Of a stretch of DNA of 25,633 bases, positions 1-9,091 are shown piece after piece. Origin of the DNA: Candidatus Nanohaloarchaea archaeon (GTDB lineage: Archaea > Nanohalarchaeota > Nanosalinia > Nanosalinales > Nanosalinaceae); NCBI GenBank assembly GCA_042217695.1, contig JBDGSE010000010.1, positions 1 to 25,633 on the forward strand, in the 5' to 3' direction. The notes under the pieces were generated by a model, which was given only the letters and a program-made list of their open reading frames with translations, searched no databases and was not told where the DNA came from. Position numbers and translations under genes: made by a program. The stretch's first letter is position 1, and each line of letters opens with the position of its first letter.

Positions 1-293
1 CTTCGGACAGTCTTGTCTCCGGTTTTCACTGCGACCTGTTTCAGCCCATCGGGATCGGAAACCTTGGCGTTTACCTGTGGAGAAAGATTTTCTATCGAGT
101 GTTGTCCCCAGATGGGTGGTAGTTTGATTTTCCCGTTTTTTACGTTTAGTTGTATGTTGCCGGGCTGGTTCTTCTCTACGGTAGTAGTGGTTTCTGTACT
201 GGTCGGTGTCTCTTTGTCTTTCTGTGTGGTGTTGCAGCCGGCTAGTCCGGCCATTATTGCTCCTGATGCCAGTATGTAGTCTCTTCTTTTCAA
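1..293 (-). CDS. Tat-type lipoprotein, N-terminal part only (runs off the window; absent from the ORF track)
   Basis: Manual translation from TTG at 293: MKRRDYILASGAIMAGLAGC-NTTQKDKETPTSTETTTTVEKNQPGNIQLNV. It shows twin Arg, a hydrophobic stretch, an LAGC lipobox and a Thr-rich linker. SD-like AGGTGG lies upstream and the frame is open to base 1. Confidence 0.8.
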   Translation of the reverse strand, partial: MKRRDYILASGAIMAGLAGCNTTQKDKETPTSTETTTTVEKNQPGNIQLNVKNGKIKLPPIWGQHSIENLSPQVNAKVSDPDGLKQVAVKTGDKTVR

Positions 294-401
294 CCTTCTT
301 CCACCTTGTAACTACTGTAGAATAGCGAACAGGTTTATTTATAGTTTGTGGTTGTACGTCAGTAGAAAGTATTTTTATTCCAGCAGTGTTCTTAAAGCAG
401 T

Positions 402-2762
402 ATGGACGTCCGGAAGACCGCAGTGTTTCTCTCCATTTTAGTCCTGTCTCTAGGTCTCGCCTTCGGTTATACTGCCTCTACTGGCTCTGCTGGCGGAGGA
501 GGCGGGGGCGGTGGAGGCGGAGGTGGTGGAGGAGGCGGTAATCCACCTGTTGCCTGTGAGGACAACAGTGACAACGATGGCGATGGTCTTGTCGACGGCA
601 ACGATCAGGGCTGCACCCAGCCCTACAGCGAGGACGATTCGGAGAAAAGCATATGGGATACCGACCTGACCACGACGATGGATGATGACACTCCTTCTCT
701 CTCGACCGATGTATCGGTCTTCTTTGACGGCGTTGTCTACGAGGGGGCCGAGAGCAACAGGGATGCTTACCCGGACAGCGGCAGCCTGAACGAGAAGCAC
801 ATAGACAACCCGACGACCTGGGAGGGAGGTCAGCCTGCCACTGAATCCTACTCGAATTTCCCGGCCGGGACCGCGTTCGTGGATGACCGTGTTATAGATC
901 CGCCTAACCCGGTCGGCAGCGATAACTGTGGTGACGGTCTGGAGGGCAACGACCCGACGCCCAACAACGGGCAGAACAATCCATACTACAGCGCGGCCGA
1001 CTGCCGGAAGGACTGGGGTCGTTACGCGGTTGCGTACAACGTGAAGGATTCGGACACCGATCACGACCCGGACAGTAACTACCAGCAGGATTCCCTGACC
1101 TGTAACGATGATGAGGCAACCTGCGATGATGACACCGGTACTGTTGATTGTAATTCGAGCAGCTGTAGCGGTAGCTGCAGTGGTGGAGGCAATTGTGATG
1201 ATGCGAGCTGTACGGTGACTGACAGCTGTGATGTTTCCTGTTCCGTGACAGACGACCAGTCCGCCGATGAGAGCAACGATTACTGGTCTACAAGCGGGGA
1301 TACCCTTGTTGAGACGAGTTGTACCAATGATGGGGGCTGGATCGCATCGGCAAGTTGTTCTGCCTCAAATTCCGCCTCAGGATGTACGGCATCCTACAGC
1401 TGTGGACAGTACTGTGACGATGCATGTTCCTGCAACGGTTCCTCTGCCAGCGCTAAGACCAAGGACAGTGCTCATGCAGGCTACTACAGGAGCTGGGAGG
1501 ACACAGGCTCTGTGAACTGTAACACCAACAATGTGGTCGACGGTGGTGGAGATACACAGGGCGACGAGTACCCGAGCAAACCCGATAACGATCCTGCCGG
1601 CACTTATACAGATTTCACCGCGTATGCGGATAACTCTCTCTCAGGTACACCGACGGACAGCGATGCCGCCTGGTGCGCCTGGGAGAGTACTCTGACAGTG
1701 GATGCCGACGGTCCGCGGGGCTACGGCGACGGTTTCGTGGTTATCGCGGATGGAAACATAGTCGCAACTGAGAGCCCCGACGGCTCCGATCGTGTAGGCC
1801 AGAGAGTGTTCGTCGACGGAAATTACCAGAGCTACAGGGGCCGGATAAGCACCTCATGCGGAGGTAATACGGTCTGTCTCCGGTACGTCGACTTCTACAC
1901 CGAGGCAGGTTCCGGTACCCGTGGAAGCCCGGAGTGGACAACAGTCAGCGACGCGGTACAGGTGGAGTCAGAGCTCTACACCGCCGAGATGAGTTACTCG
2001 GTGTGCAAGGCCATAAACAGGATATACCAGAAGAACGGCAACGGGAATTACGGACAGGAGCTGGTCAACTGCGACTTCAGCCGGAGCTGTGGAAGCAGCG
2101 ATACAGGCCAGGGCCCCTCGTCCAGTGCCTGCGGTGACGAACCAAACGAGTACTGGGCCTGTATGGAGGGGGCAGAGGTCGACGAGGGAAGTGTAAACGT
2201 CAACCCGGTCCACTCCCAGCAGTGCGTGAACCAGGTCTCGGACTGTGTGCTGCGGGGTAACGAGGTTCCGGAGGGATACGTCGCGGATGTCGCAACGCAG
2301 GACTATGCCGGATACGAGAAGACGGGTCACTCTCCTGACTGGGAGGTATGTCTGAACATCCAGGGCCAGGACCCGGGCGCCGCTGGAGATGACGTGGATG
2401 GCGACAACTACGACTACGACTTTGACGGCACCACCGAGGAGGTCGGTGGAGAGTGGTACGACCTGGACAACGAGATCGTGAACGATTACCTGAGAAGCGG
2501 CGGCGGTGGACACCACCTCATCACGAACGGCGACCCCACGAACGCCTCGGATATAGCCTACTACTGGCAGACAAACGTCAACCCTTACCACCCGGTTTAC
2601 AACCCGACAGGGGGAATGAAGGGTATCGCGCTCGAAGACGACTGCGGAAGGCTTGACATCCCGGACAACCTCCTCGGCTGCACCGATCAGGGGACTGTGA
2701 GCGATGAACCCCAGAGCAAAACCGGACTATTCTACACGTTCTTCAAGGTGCCAGCCCCATGA
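402..2762 (+). CDS. Large secreted Cys/Asp-rich surface protein (786 aa)
   Basis: Sec-type signal peptide, Gly16 linker, Ca-binding-like CEDNSDNDGDGLVDGNDQGC motif, Cys-dense block and a CGDExxEY domain. No C-terminal anchor. Confidence 0.8.
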   Translation: MDVRKTAVFLSILVLSLGLAFGYTASTGSAGGGGGGGGGGGGGGGGNPPVACEDNSDNDGDGLVDGNDQGCTQPYSEDDSEKSIWDTDLTTTMDDDTPSLSTDVSVFFDGVVYEGAESNRDAYPDSGSLNEKHIDNPTTWEGGQPATESYSNFPAGTAFVDDRVIDPPNPVGSDNCGDGLEGNDPTPNNGQNNPYYSAADCRKDWGRYAVAYNVKDSDTDHDPDSNYQQDSLTCNDDEATCDDDTGTVDCNSSSCSGSCSGGGNCDDASCTVTDSCDVSCSVTDDQSADESNDYWSTSGDTLVETSCTNDGGWIASASCSASNSASGCTASYSCGQYCDDACSCNGSSASAKTKDSAHAGYYRSWEDTGSVNCNTNNVVDGGGDTQGDEYPSKPDNDPAGTYTDFTAYADNSLSGTPTDSDAAWCAWESTLTVDADGPRGYGDGFVVIADGNIVATESPDGSDRVGQRVFVDGNYQSYRGRISTSCGGNTVCLRYVDFYTEAGSGTRGSPEWTTVSDAVQVESELYTAEMSYSVCKAINRIYQKNGNGNYGQELVNCDFSRSCGSSDTGQGPSSSACGDEPNEYWACMEGAEVDEGSVNVNPVHSQQCVNQVSDCVLRGNEVPEGYVADVATQDYAGYEKTGHSPDWEVCLNIQGQDPGAAGDDVDGDNYDYDFDGTTEEVGGEWYDLDNEIVNDYLRSGGGGHHLITNGDPTNASDIAYYWQTNVNPYHPVYNPTGGMKGIALEDDCGRLDIPDNLLGCTDQGTVSDEPQSKTGLFYTFFKVPAP
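492..539 (+). repeat. GGN codon run encoding 16 consecutive Gly
   Basis: ggc gga gga ggc ggg ggc ggt gga ggc gga ggt ggt gga gga ggc ggt; the mixed codons indicate a protein linker, not a slippage microsatellite. Confidence 0.9.
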
Positions 2763-4924
2763 ATTGGAAGCTACTGGCGCTGGGAACCGCACTGGTTGTC
2801 CTGGCGACCGCTGCCTCCGCCGCCTACACCGGCCCCAAGGAGAGGGACGAGGACTACAACCCGCAGGGCGTCAACCAGACTCCCGTCGTCCCGCCTTTCT
2901 ATTACGGACACATGAACAGACTGGAGGACATGTCAGATCAGCTGGAGCCCGGCATGGGTACCTCGGTTTACGGACTTGCAGATCCCGGTCTTACCGGCGC
3001 AGACGTGGACGATGCGCTGGCAGGTTCCATGAACGTTGACTCGGAGAGCGATGCGAAGTGGCACGACTCGATGGGGAACGCGCAGCGCGCCGACCAGTGG
3101 GCGATAACACGGAGTCTCCGGTGGGCGATCTCCAACCGGGGGATACCTTACCTGCCGGGTAAAACCTACTACCACAAGGACTACAGCGGGATGAAGAGAC
3201 AGAACCCTGACGACCCAACAGTTCCCAAGACCGTCAAGGTGTTCGGGAACTCTATAGCGGTTGTGGCCGCCGAGACGATGACCTCGGACCAGGGTACCAC
3301 GGTTCATCCCTCCGACGGTGTCTGGATAGACCCGGACGACCTCAGAGAGATGAGCCTGAGCGGCAAGATAAAGCAGTACTGGCTGGACGTGTACAGGTAC
3401 AACATCGACCTTACCGGGCCGGACTCCGGGCTCGGGCTTTTCATCGGGGACGGCGCGGGCGTGAACTTCGTGGACCCCGGTCAGCGTTACACGATGTACG
3501 GCAACGTCTACTTTGAGGGAGAGGCCGACAACGAGGACACGGCCGGCCCTACCGATCCTGACAGCAATATCGATGAGGGCGAAAACGATCCTACACGGGT
3601 GGGAGAGACCGTGGCCAAGCTGGAGCCGCCGATGTGCGGCGACGACCAGAGCGAGTACCTGATAGAGGAGATGGGGGAGTCCGTGAACTCCAACCGCTTC
3701 GACGGCAGGTATGCCTGTGTCGACTCCACGGATGTCTGTGTGGATATGAGCGGCAGCGGCCAGAAAATCTTTAGTTCCGGGGCTTACAGCCAGACAAATG
3801 AGCCGGACGAGGATTTCGGGCGTCTGAAGAACGACAAGGAGGCATGTGCAAAACTGGAGGCAAGCCAGAAGGTGGGGCAGTCCTCGGATGATTACACCCC
3901 GATGTGGTACGACCAAGACTATACAGAAAGCCTTTGCAGGAACCAGAACAACCTCTACGGCGCCATGGGGGTACAGTGGGTGGCAAAATCCTACGTTGAC
4001 ACCTACCCCAACGCCGTCGGTGGAGGGATAGACGATGACTGGAGCGCCTACCTGCAGCGCCTCTGGAGGAACGGAGCGCTCACCAAGAACTACACCTCGA
4101 TACCCTACAAGACCGATTGGGATGCCGGTGAACCTACCAGCACACTGACCTCGCCGGTACCGTCTGGAGCGGTCAACCAGTCCGTGCCCGAGACCAACAC
4201 CAGTATAGCCACGCTCGGGTTCTGCGCGGGCGATGACGGCGGAGAGTACCTGGTCCACCAGGACTGCCAGACCTCGGTGTGTAAGACAGACAACTCGATA
4301 ATGGGTGTTGCACCCAACCCTAACTGGTGTGTGATGAAGGACTACAACGATATAGACTCGCAGTACGGAAGATCATCCAACGAGGAGAGAAGGATCTACC
4401 CGCCGGGCTCCGAGATAACTTTCACGTACAGCGGCGGAGGACAAAGCGTGGTCTCCTGCTACAACGGTGTGTGGTACGAGGAATGGCCGGTGGTCTTCGG
4501 CCGTGGAAACATGGAGATCTTCCTGGGGAACACGCGCTCGATAACGTTCAACCTGATAAACCCTGAATCGGATTCCACGACCTACACCGTCGAGATGAGT
4601 CCGTCGGGTATAAACAGTGCCTGGCTGGAGTTCGCGCAGAACGGCACCAGCTTCACCACCACCGTTCCGCCACGCTCATCGAAAACGTACACGCTGCAGG
4701 TTTACGGCGGGAGCACAGAGGTTACACCGCCTGACTCCGTGGAGGTTATAGCGACCTCGAAGGACGGCGAGATATCGGGGTCGGATTCGGTGGAGATAGA
4801 CGTGGTGGAGTCCCCGACCGGGACTTCTTCCGGAACCCAGACGCAGAACGTGCCGGGTATCGGGGTGGTCCAGCTGGCGGTTATCGCCCTTTCAGCTGCA
4901 ACTCTCTACTTCTTCACGCTCTAG
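2759..4924 (+). CDS. Membrane-anchored surface (glyco)protein with PGF-CTERM-like tail (721 aa)
   Basis: Signal peptide, two C(A)GDDxxEY motifs, N-x-S/T sequons, a beta-rich Ig-like C-terminal region, a Ser/Thr linker, then VPGIG plus a TM helix. ATGA overlap with the upstream gene. Confidence 0.8.
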   Translation: MNWKLLALGTALVVLATAASAAYTGPKERDEDYNPQGVNQTPVVPPFYYGHMNRLEDMSDQLEPGMGTSVYGLADPGLTGADVDDALAGSMNVDSESDAKWHDSMGNAQRADQWAITRSLRWAISNRGIPYLPGKTYYHKDYSGMKRQNPDDPTVPKTVKVFGNSIAVVAAETMTSDQGTTVHPSDGVWIDPDDLREMSLSGKIKQYWLDVYRYNIDLTGPDSGLGLFIGDGAGVNFVDPGQRYTMYGNVYFEGEADNEDTAGPTDPDSNIDEGENDPTRVGETVAKLEPPMCGDDQSEYLIEEMGESVNSNRFDGRYACVDSTDVCVDMSGSGQKIFSSGAYSQTNEPDEDFGRLKNDKEACAKLEASQKVGQSSDDYTPMWYDQDYTESLCRNQNNLYGAMGVQWVAKSYVDTYPNAVGGGIDDDWSAYLQRLWRNGALTKNYTSIPYKTDWDAGEPTSTLTSPVPSGAVNQSVPETNTSIATLGFCAGDDGGEYLVHQDCQTSVCKTDNSIMGVAPNPNWCVMKDYNDIDSQYGRSSNEERRIYPPGSEITFTYSGGGQSVVSCYNGVWYEEWPVVFGRGNMEIFLGNTRSITFNLINPESDSTTYTVEMSPSGINSAWLEFAQNGTSFTTTVPPRSSKTYTLQVYGGSTEVTPPDSVEVIATSKDGEISGSDSVEIDVVESPTGTSSGTQTQNVPGIGVVQLAVIALSAATLYFFTL

Positions 4925-7170
4925 GAGATCTCGTTCACGGAGGTCGTGCCGCCTGTCTTGCTGCACTCGTAGAGTTTTCCTGTGGCGGCCTCTTCCAGGT
5001 CCCGGTCGTGTGTGACGACCACCAGCTGTTCCAGAAGGTCAGAGGTCCGCGTGCCCAGGGTTTCCGCCAGTTCCGAGACACCGGAGGAGTCCATGTTGTG
5101 CGTCGGCTCGTCCAGCATCAGCACACCTATCTCCGGGGATAGGATGAATGTCAGGCCGAGTCTCAGGGCGAGTGCGGCGGAGTGTCTCTCCCCGCCGGAG
5201 ACCTCTCCCTCGGCAGATATCCAGTTCTCTTCGGCGTCCAGGAGTTCGAGGGCGTAGTCGCGGGACGGGTTAAGACGGAGAGAGTAATAGTAGTCGTAGG
5301 GGTATATCTGGTTCCACAGTTCGTCCATCAGGTCGTTGAGTTTCTCCACGAACCTCTCCCGCAGCTGTAACTGGGTTTGCTCCAGCGCTTTCTCGTACTC
5401 GTGCATGAAATCGGTCAACGTGTCAAGCTTCTCCAGTTCCTCCCGGTACTCCTCCTTTTTCTCGAACTGTTTCTCAAGCTCGTTGAGCCTCTTCGCCTTC
5501 TCCTTTAACAGCTGCTGGACGGAGCTTTTCTTCTCCTCAAGTCTCGAGACCTGCTGTTTCTTCTGTGAGATCTCCTCCTGCAGTTCCTCAAGGCGGGACT
5601 CCGAGAACGAGTTATCCTCCATCTCTTCTTCCAGTTCCGACTTCTTCTCCTCTATGTCATCCAGTTCCTCCTCGAGCTCCTCCTTTTTCTGCGTGTCCTG
5701 AAGTCTCTCAAGTTTTTCCTCCAGTTCTTCGATCTCATTACCGGGGCGGTCCAGTTCCTCCACCGCGTCCTCGAGTTCTTCTGCACGTTTCCTGGCCTCT
5801 TTTCTCTCCTCTCTCTTCTCCTCGAGTTTCTCCCCGGCGTCTTCGTGCTTCAGGAGCCGGTCCCGTTTCTCTTTCCTCTTCTCCAGTTCGTCCTCGAGTT
5901 CCTCTATCTGGTTCTCGAGCTCATGCCGCCGGGTTTCAAGCTCTTCTATCTCCTCTCTCTTCTCCTCGAGCAGTTCCTCGCGGTGCTGGTCGTCCAGGGG
6001 CCGACCGCAGACCGGGCAGTCGCCCGACGCGTCCTCCAGTGAGGAAAGGCTTTCCTGTATCTCCCCGGTCCGGGTCCTGACCGAGGCGAGTTCGTCCCTT
6101 TTCTCCTCCAGTTCGTTTTCGATCTCCTCGATTCTCTCCTGGAGTCCGTCGAACTCCTCGAATTTCTCGGCCTTCTCCTCGAGTTCTTCTATCTCTCTCT
6201 CAAGCTCCTGTAAATCGTCTCTCTGTTCCTCAAGTTCGTCCTCGAGTTCTTCTATCCTGTCTCTCTTCTCCCGGAGTTCCTCAAGTCTCTCCTCGGTCTC
6301 ACGTATCTTTTTATCCGGGTTTTCCACGTCAAGGTAGTCGAGCTCGGATATACGTTCCTCTATGGATTCCTCCCGGGTCTTCAGCCGGGTCTTTCTCTCC
6401 TCGAGTTCCCGGTAGCTGTCCCGTTTCTCCTTGAGTTCTTCTTCTCTCTCCTCGAGTTCTTCCAGCGAGTTCTCCAGTTCCTCGAGTCTATCCTCTATCT
6501 CGTCCTTCCTGTTCTTTTTCCTCGAGATGTCCTCTCTCAGGGCTTCGAGCTCCTCGGCGTCCAGGTCCTCCTCCAGCTCCTCCACCTGTTCCAGCCGTCT
6601 TTCGCGCCGGTCCTTCAACCGGTTCCGGGCCTTTACCGCGGTTTTGCGGCCGGACTCGAAGCGTTCCAGGTCGAGCAGTTCGTCCAGTCTCTCCTTCCTC
6701 TCGCCGGGCCGCATGTTCAGGAAGAGGTCCAGGTTGTTCTGTTCGGAGTAGACCGCCCTGGTGAACCCCCTGAAATCCATTCCCAGTATCTTCTCGACTT
6801 CCTCTGTCACGTCCCGGGTCTTCGGCTCCTCCAGGGTTTCTCCGCTTTTCATGTCTACAAGCCTGCTCTCTGTGGTCCCCTCTCCTCTTTCGATGGACCT
6901 CTCTACACGGTAGTTATTCCCGTCGGTGGAGAACTCTACCGCGACAGATGTCTCGTCCACTGCTTCAGGGTTACGTCTCAGGACCTCGTCGAGACGTACG
7001 TCATTCGAGTTCAGGGCAGGTGTAGTTCCATAGAGGGCAAAGGTTGCCGCCTCTAAGAGACTGGATTTCCCTGAGCCCATGTCGCCGACGATCGCGTTGA
7101 CCCCTGCGTCCAGTTCCACCGAGTTCTCCCGGTGAGACCTCCAGTTTTCAACCTCTATTTTCTCTATCAT
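4921..7170 (-). CDS. rad50: DNA double-strand break repair ATPase Rad50
   Basis: Walker A GDMGSGKSS, Q-loop YSEQ, coiled coils with central zinc hook CPVCG, signature VSGGE, Walker B/D-loop MLDEPTHNMD, H-loop VVTHD; downstream of mre11. Confidence 0.95.
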   Translation of the reverse strand: MIEKIEVENWRSHRENSVELDAGVNAIVGDMGSGKSSLLEAATFALYGTTPALNSNDVRLDEVLRRNPEAVDETSVAVEFSTDGNNYRVERSIERGEGTTESRLVDMKSGETLEEPKTRDVTEEVEKILGMDFRGFTRAVYSEQNNLDLFLNMRPGERKERLDELLDLERFESGRKTAVKARNRLKDRRERRLEQVEELEEDLDAEELEALREDISRKKNRKDEIEDRLEELENSLEELEEREEELKEKRDSYRELEERKTRLKTREESIEERISELDYLDVENPDKKIRETEERLEELREKRDRIEELEDELEEQRDDLQELEREIEELEEKAEKFEEFDGLQERIEEIENELEEKRDELASVRTRTGEIQESLSSLEDASGDCPVCGRPLDDQHREELLEEKREEIEELETRRHELENQIEELEDELEKRKEKRDRLLKHEDAGEKLEEKREERKEARKRAEELEDAVEELDRPGNEIEELEEKLERLQDTQKKEELEEELDDIEEKKSELEEEMEDNSFSESRLEELQEEISQKKQQVSRLEEKKSSVQQLLKEKAKRLNELEKQFEKKEEYREELEKLDTLTDFMHEYEKALEQTQLQLRERFVEKLNDLMDELWNQIYPYDYYYSLRLNPSRDYALELLDAEENWISAEGEVSGGERHSAALALRLGLTFILSPEIGVLMLDEPTHNMDSSGVSELAETLGTRTSDLLEQLVVVTHDRDLEEAATGKLYECSKTGGTTSVNEIS

Positions 7171-8299
7171 GGGCCTTCTCCAGTGTATTTAACGCGTTTT
7201 CGACGTCCCCGGTCTGCAGGAGTTCGAAGAACTGTTCGTGGTCGATATCGAGATCGGTGTCGATGTTCTCCTCCAGGAGTTCCTGTCCCTCCTTCGCCGG
7301 GTCTATCTCCTCTCCCGTGGAGGAGGTTCCTGGTCTCTCGATGTCGCGGTTCACGCTCAGAAGGAGGTTGTCGAACATATCACGTATCTCCTGGATGTTG
7401 ATCCTGGCTGAGGTCTTTCCCTCCAGTTTCAGGTTGACCAGTGGTTTCATCTCTCCCTCTATTTCGGAAAGGTCGTCCGCTATCCCCTGTTTTATCTCGG
7501 ACCAGGGCTCGCCGTCCAGCTGGCGTTCCACATAGTAGACATCCCGGGCCGAGTTGAGCTTATTGAATTTTAACCGGCCTTCCGTGGTGTCCAGGGTCAC
7601 GAATCCCTTCGGTTTCTCTGCCTCTACCTTGCGCAGCTGTGTCGTCAACGTGCTGCCGGGAAGTATGAGCGGTTTCTCTCTTCTCTCCAGGTCATACCAG
7701 TGTATGTGGCCGTCCACTATCAGGTCGAATCCCCCGGGAAGGTCCTCCATGGTCAGGGCGTCTCCAGAGGTATATACAAAGCCCTCGATGGACTGGTGTA
7801 TCATGAGGATGTTGAACGCGTCCTCAACTGGTTCGGGGGACCACTCCTCCAGGACCTCCGGGGCCCGCGACTCGGGCACCCCGCTCATGCCGTGGACCGC
7901 GACTTTCTCCCCGTCTTTCTCGAAAGTCCGGGTCTCCAGGTCGAGGTGTACAAGCCTCCCCGCGCTCTCCATAAGCTCTATGGGGTTTGTATAGGCCTCA
8001 GGTCTTCGTTCGTGGGTTCCGTGTATTGCCACCACTGGGATCCCGTCTCCATCCATTTCCAGGGCGCCATTCGTTTCCACGCTGCGGTCGCCATCCATCG
8101 GTATCGAGAGAACCTCGGTGGCCCGGTCAAGTACCTCCTGTTTTGGGATCTTCCGGTCGAATATATCGCCGGGCATCAGGATGATATCTGCGTCAAGCGA
8201 ACGTTCAAGCGCCTCGCGGGCGTTACGGAAGGAATCGTCCTCGCGTTCCTCGCCCCACCTGAACCCGAAATGGGTGTCGCTGACGATGGAGACCTTCAT
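7148..8299 (-). CDS. mre11: DNA double-strand break repair nuclease Mre11
   Basis: Phosphoesterase motifs SDTHFG, GDIFD, GTHE, HQ and GHIH; overlaps the rad50 start. Confidence 0.93.
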   Translation of the reverse strand: MKVSIVSDTHFGFRWGEEREDDSFRNAREALERSLDADIILMPGDIFDRKIPKQEVLDRATEVLSIPMDGDRSVETNGALEMDGDGIPVVAIHGTHERRPEAYTNPIELMESAGRLVHLDLETRTFEKDGEKVAVHGMSGVPESRAPEVLEEWSPEPVEDAFNILMIHQSIEGFVYTSGDALTMEDLPGGFDLIVDGHIHWYDLERREKPLILPGSTLTTQLRKVEAEKPKGFVTLDTTEGRLKFNKLNSARDVYYVERQLDGEPWSEIKQGIADDLSEIEGEMKPLVNLKLEGKTSARINIQEIRDMFDNLLLSVNRDIERPGTSSTGEEIDPAKEGQELLEENIDTDLDIDHEQFFELLQTGDVENALNTLEKAHDRENRG

Positions 8300-8361
8300 G
8301 GTTTACCCGCGGTTTCCGAATCTTTTATCCCTGACTCAAGACAAAAACCACATAAGTGTGT

Positions 8362-8379
8362 TGTTACTAATTAGTTACA
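8362..8379. promoter_or_regulatory. Near-perfect 18-bp palindrome, candidate operator in the divergent promoter region
   Basis: TGTTACTAATTAGTTACA, with one symmetric mismatch and a perfect ACTAATTAGT core, between mre11 and ORF 8390. Confidence 0.45.
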
Positions 8380-8389
8380 GGGTGTCTGG

Positions 8390-9091
8390 GTGGAGTTCGA
8401 TACCTTCGAAAAAGTATATCCAGAGGTGGTGGAAGAAGTTGAACGGGAGACAGATCTACGTGTAGAGGAGGCGTTCGACGAGTTCCGGCAGGAAGAGTTT
8501 CCGCCTGAACTCAGTGAAAACGTGGTTGACAGGGGTCGTGCAAAGACAGTGGCCGACAACAATACGGTCAGACTTGAATACTCGGGCGATCTCACCGCCT
8601 GGGAACTGGCCCATGACACCGTGCACGGCCAGATGCTGCAGTCCGGCGGGCCTGGAGAGATACTGCCGGGAGACAACCTTTTCGACATGAAGCTCTACGG
8701 AGAGTTCGCAGCCAACCTGGCCGAAGTCGAGGTGAGGGACCCTGGCCCGGATCCCGGCAGCGTCATGTCCCTGGTCCCCATCCGTTCACACTACATGGAC
8801 AGGCGCAGGGAGGCAGTCGATAACGGGTTTGAAACCAGGGGAAGCCTCTACGACGAGTTCCTGGCCGCCGATGCTGAAGGACGGGAGGAGTTCCGCGAGG
8901 CGATACTCGACTACCAGGATATCCGCGAAAACGTGGTGGCGCAGCAGGCTGCCCGTGAATACGCCCGGGAAAACGACTACGAACTCGAGGACTATCTGGA
9001 ACCGGACAGGCAGCTGTTCCACGACACGGTAGACTATGTTAAAAACTTTGAAGGAGAATTAATTGACAGGGCGAAACCGGATGGAGCTTGA
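8390..9091 (+). CDS. Hypothetical protein with ImmA/IrrE-like zincin motif (HDxxH variant)
   Basis: Acidic ORF with typical codon usage and a GTG start. LAHDTVH is followed 26 residues after the second His by EFAAN, resembling LAHExxH...ExxAN. Confidence 0.55.
   Translation: MEFDTFEKVYPEVVEEVERETDLRVEEAFDEFRQEEFPPELSENVVDRGRAKTVADNNTVRLEYSGDLTAWELAHDTVHGQMLQSGGPGEILPGDNLFDMKLYGEFAANLAEVEVRDPGPDPGSVMSLVPIRSHYMDRRREAVDNGFETRGSLYDEFLAADAEGREEFREAILDYQDIRENVVAQQAAREYARENDYELEDYLEPDRQLFHDTVDYVKNFEGELIDRAKPDGA

Noticed and set aside
13..279. 88-aa plus-strand ORF
   Set aside because: Antisense shadow of the minus-strand lipoprotein, which has a clear signal peptide and SD.
5400..6600. Recurrent CTCGAGTTC/CTCCAGTTC motifs as a repeat array or CRISPR
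   Set aside because: They encode ELE heptads of the Rad50 coiled coil, with no constant repeat-spacer period.
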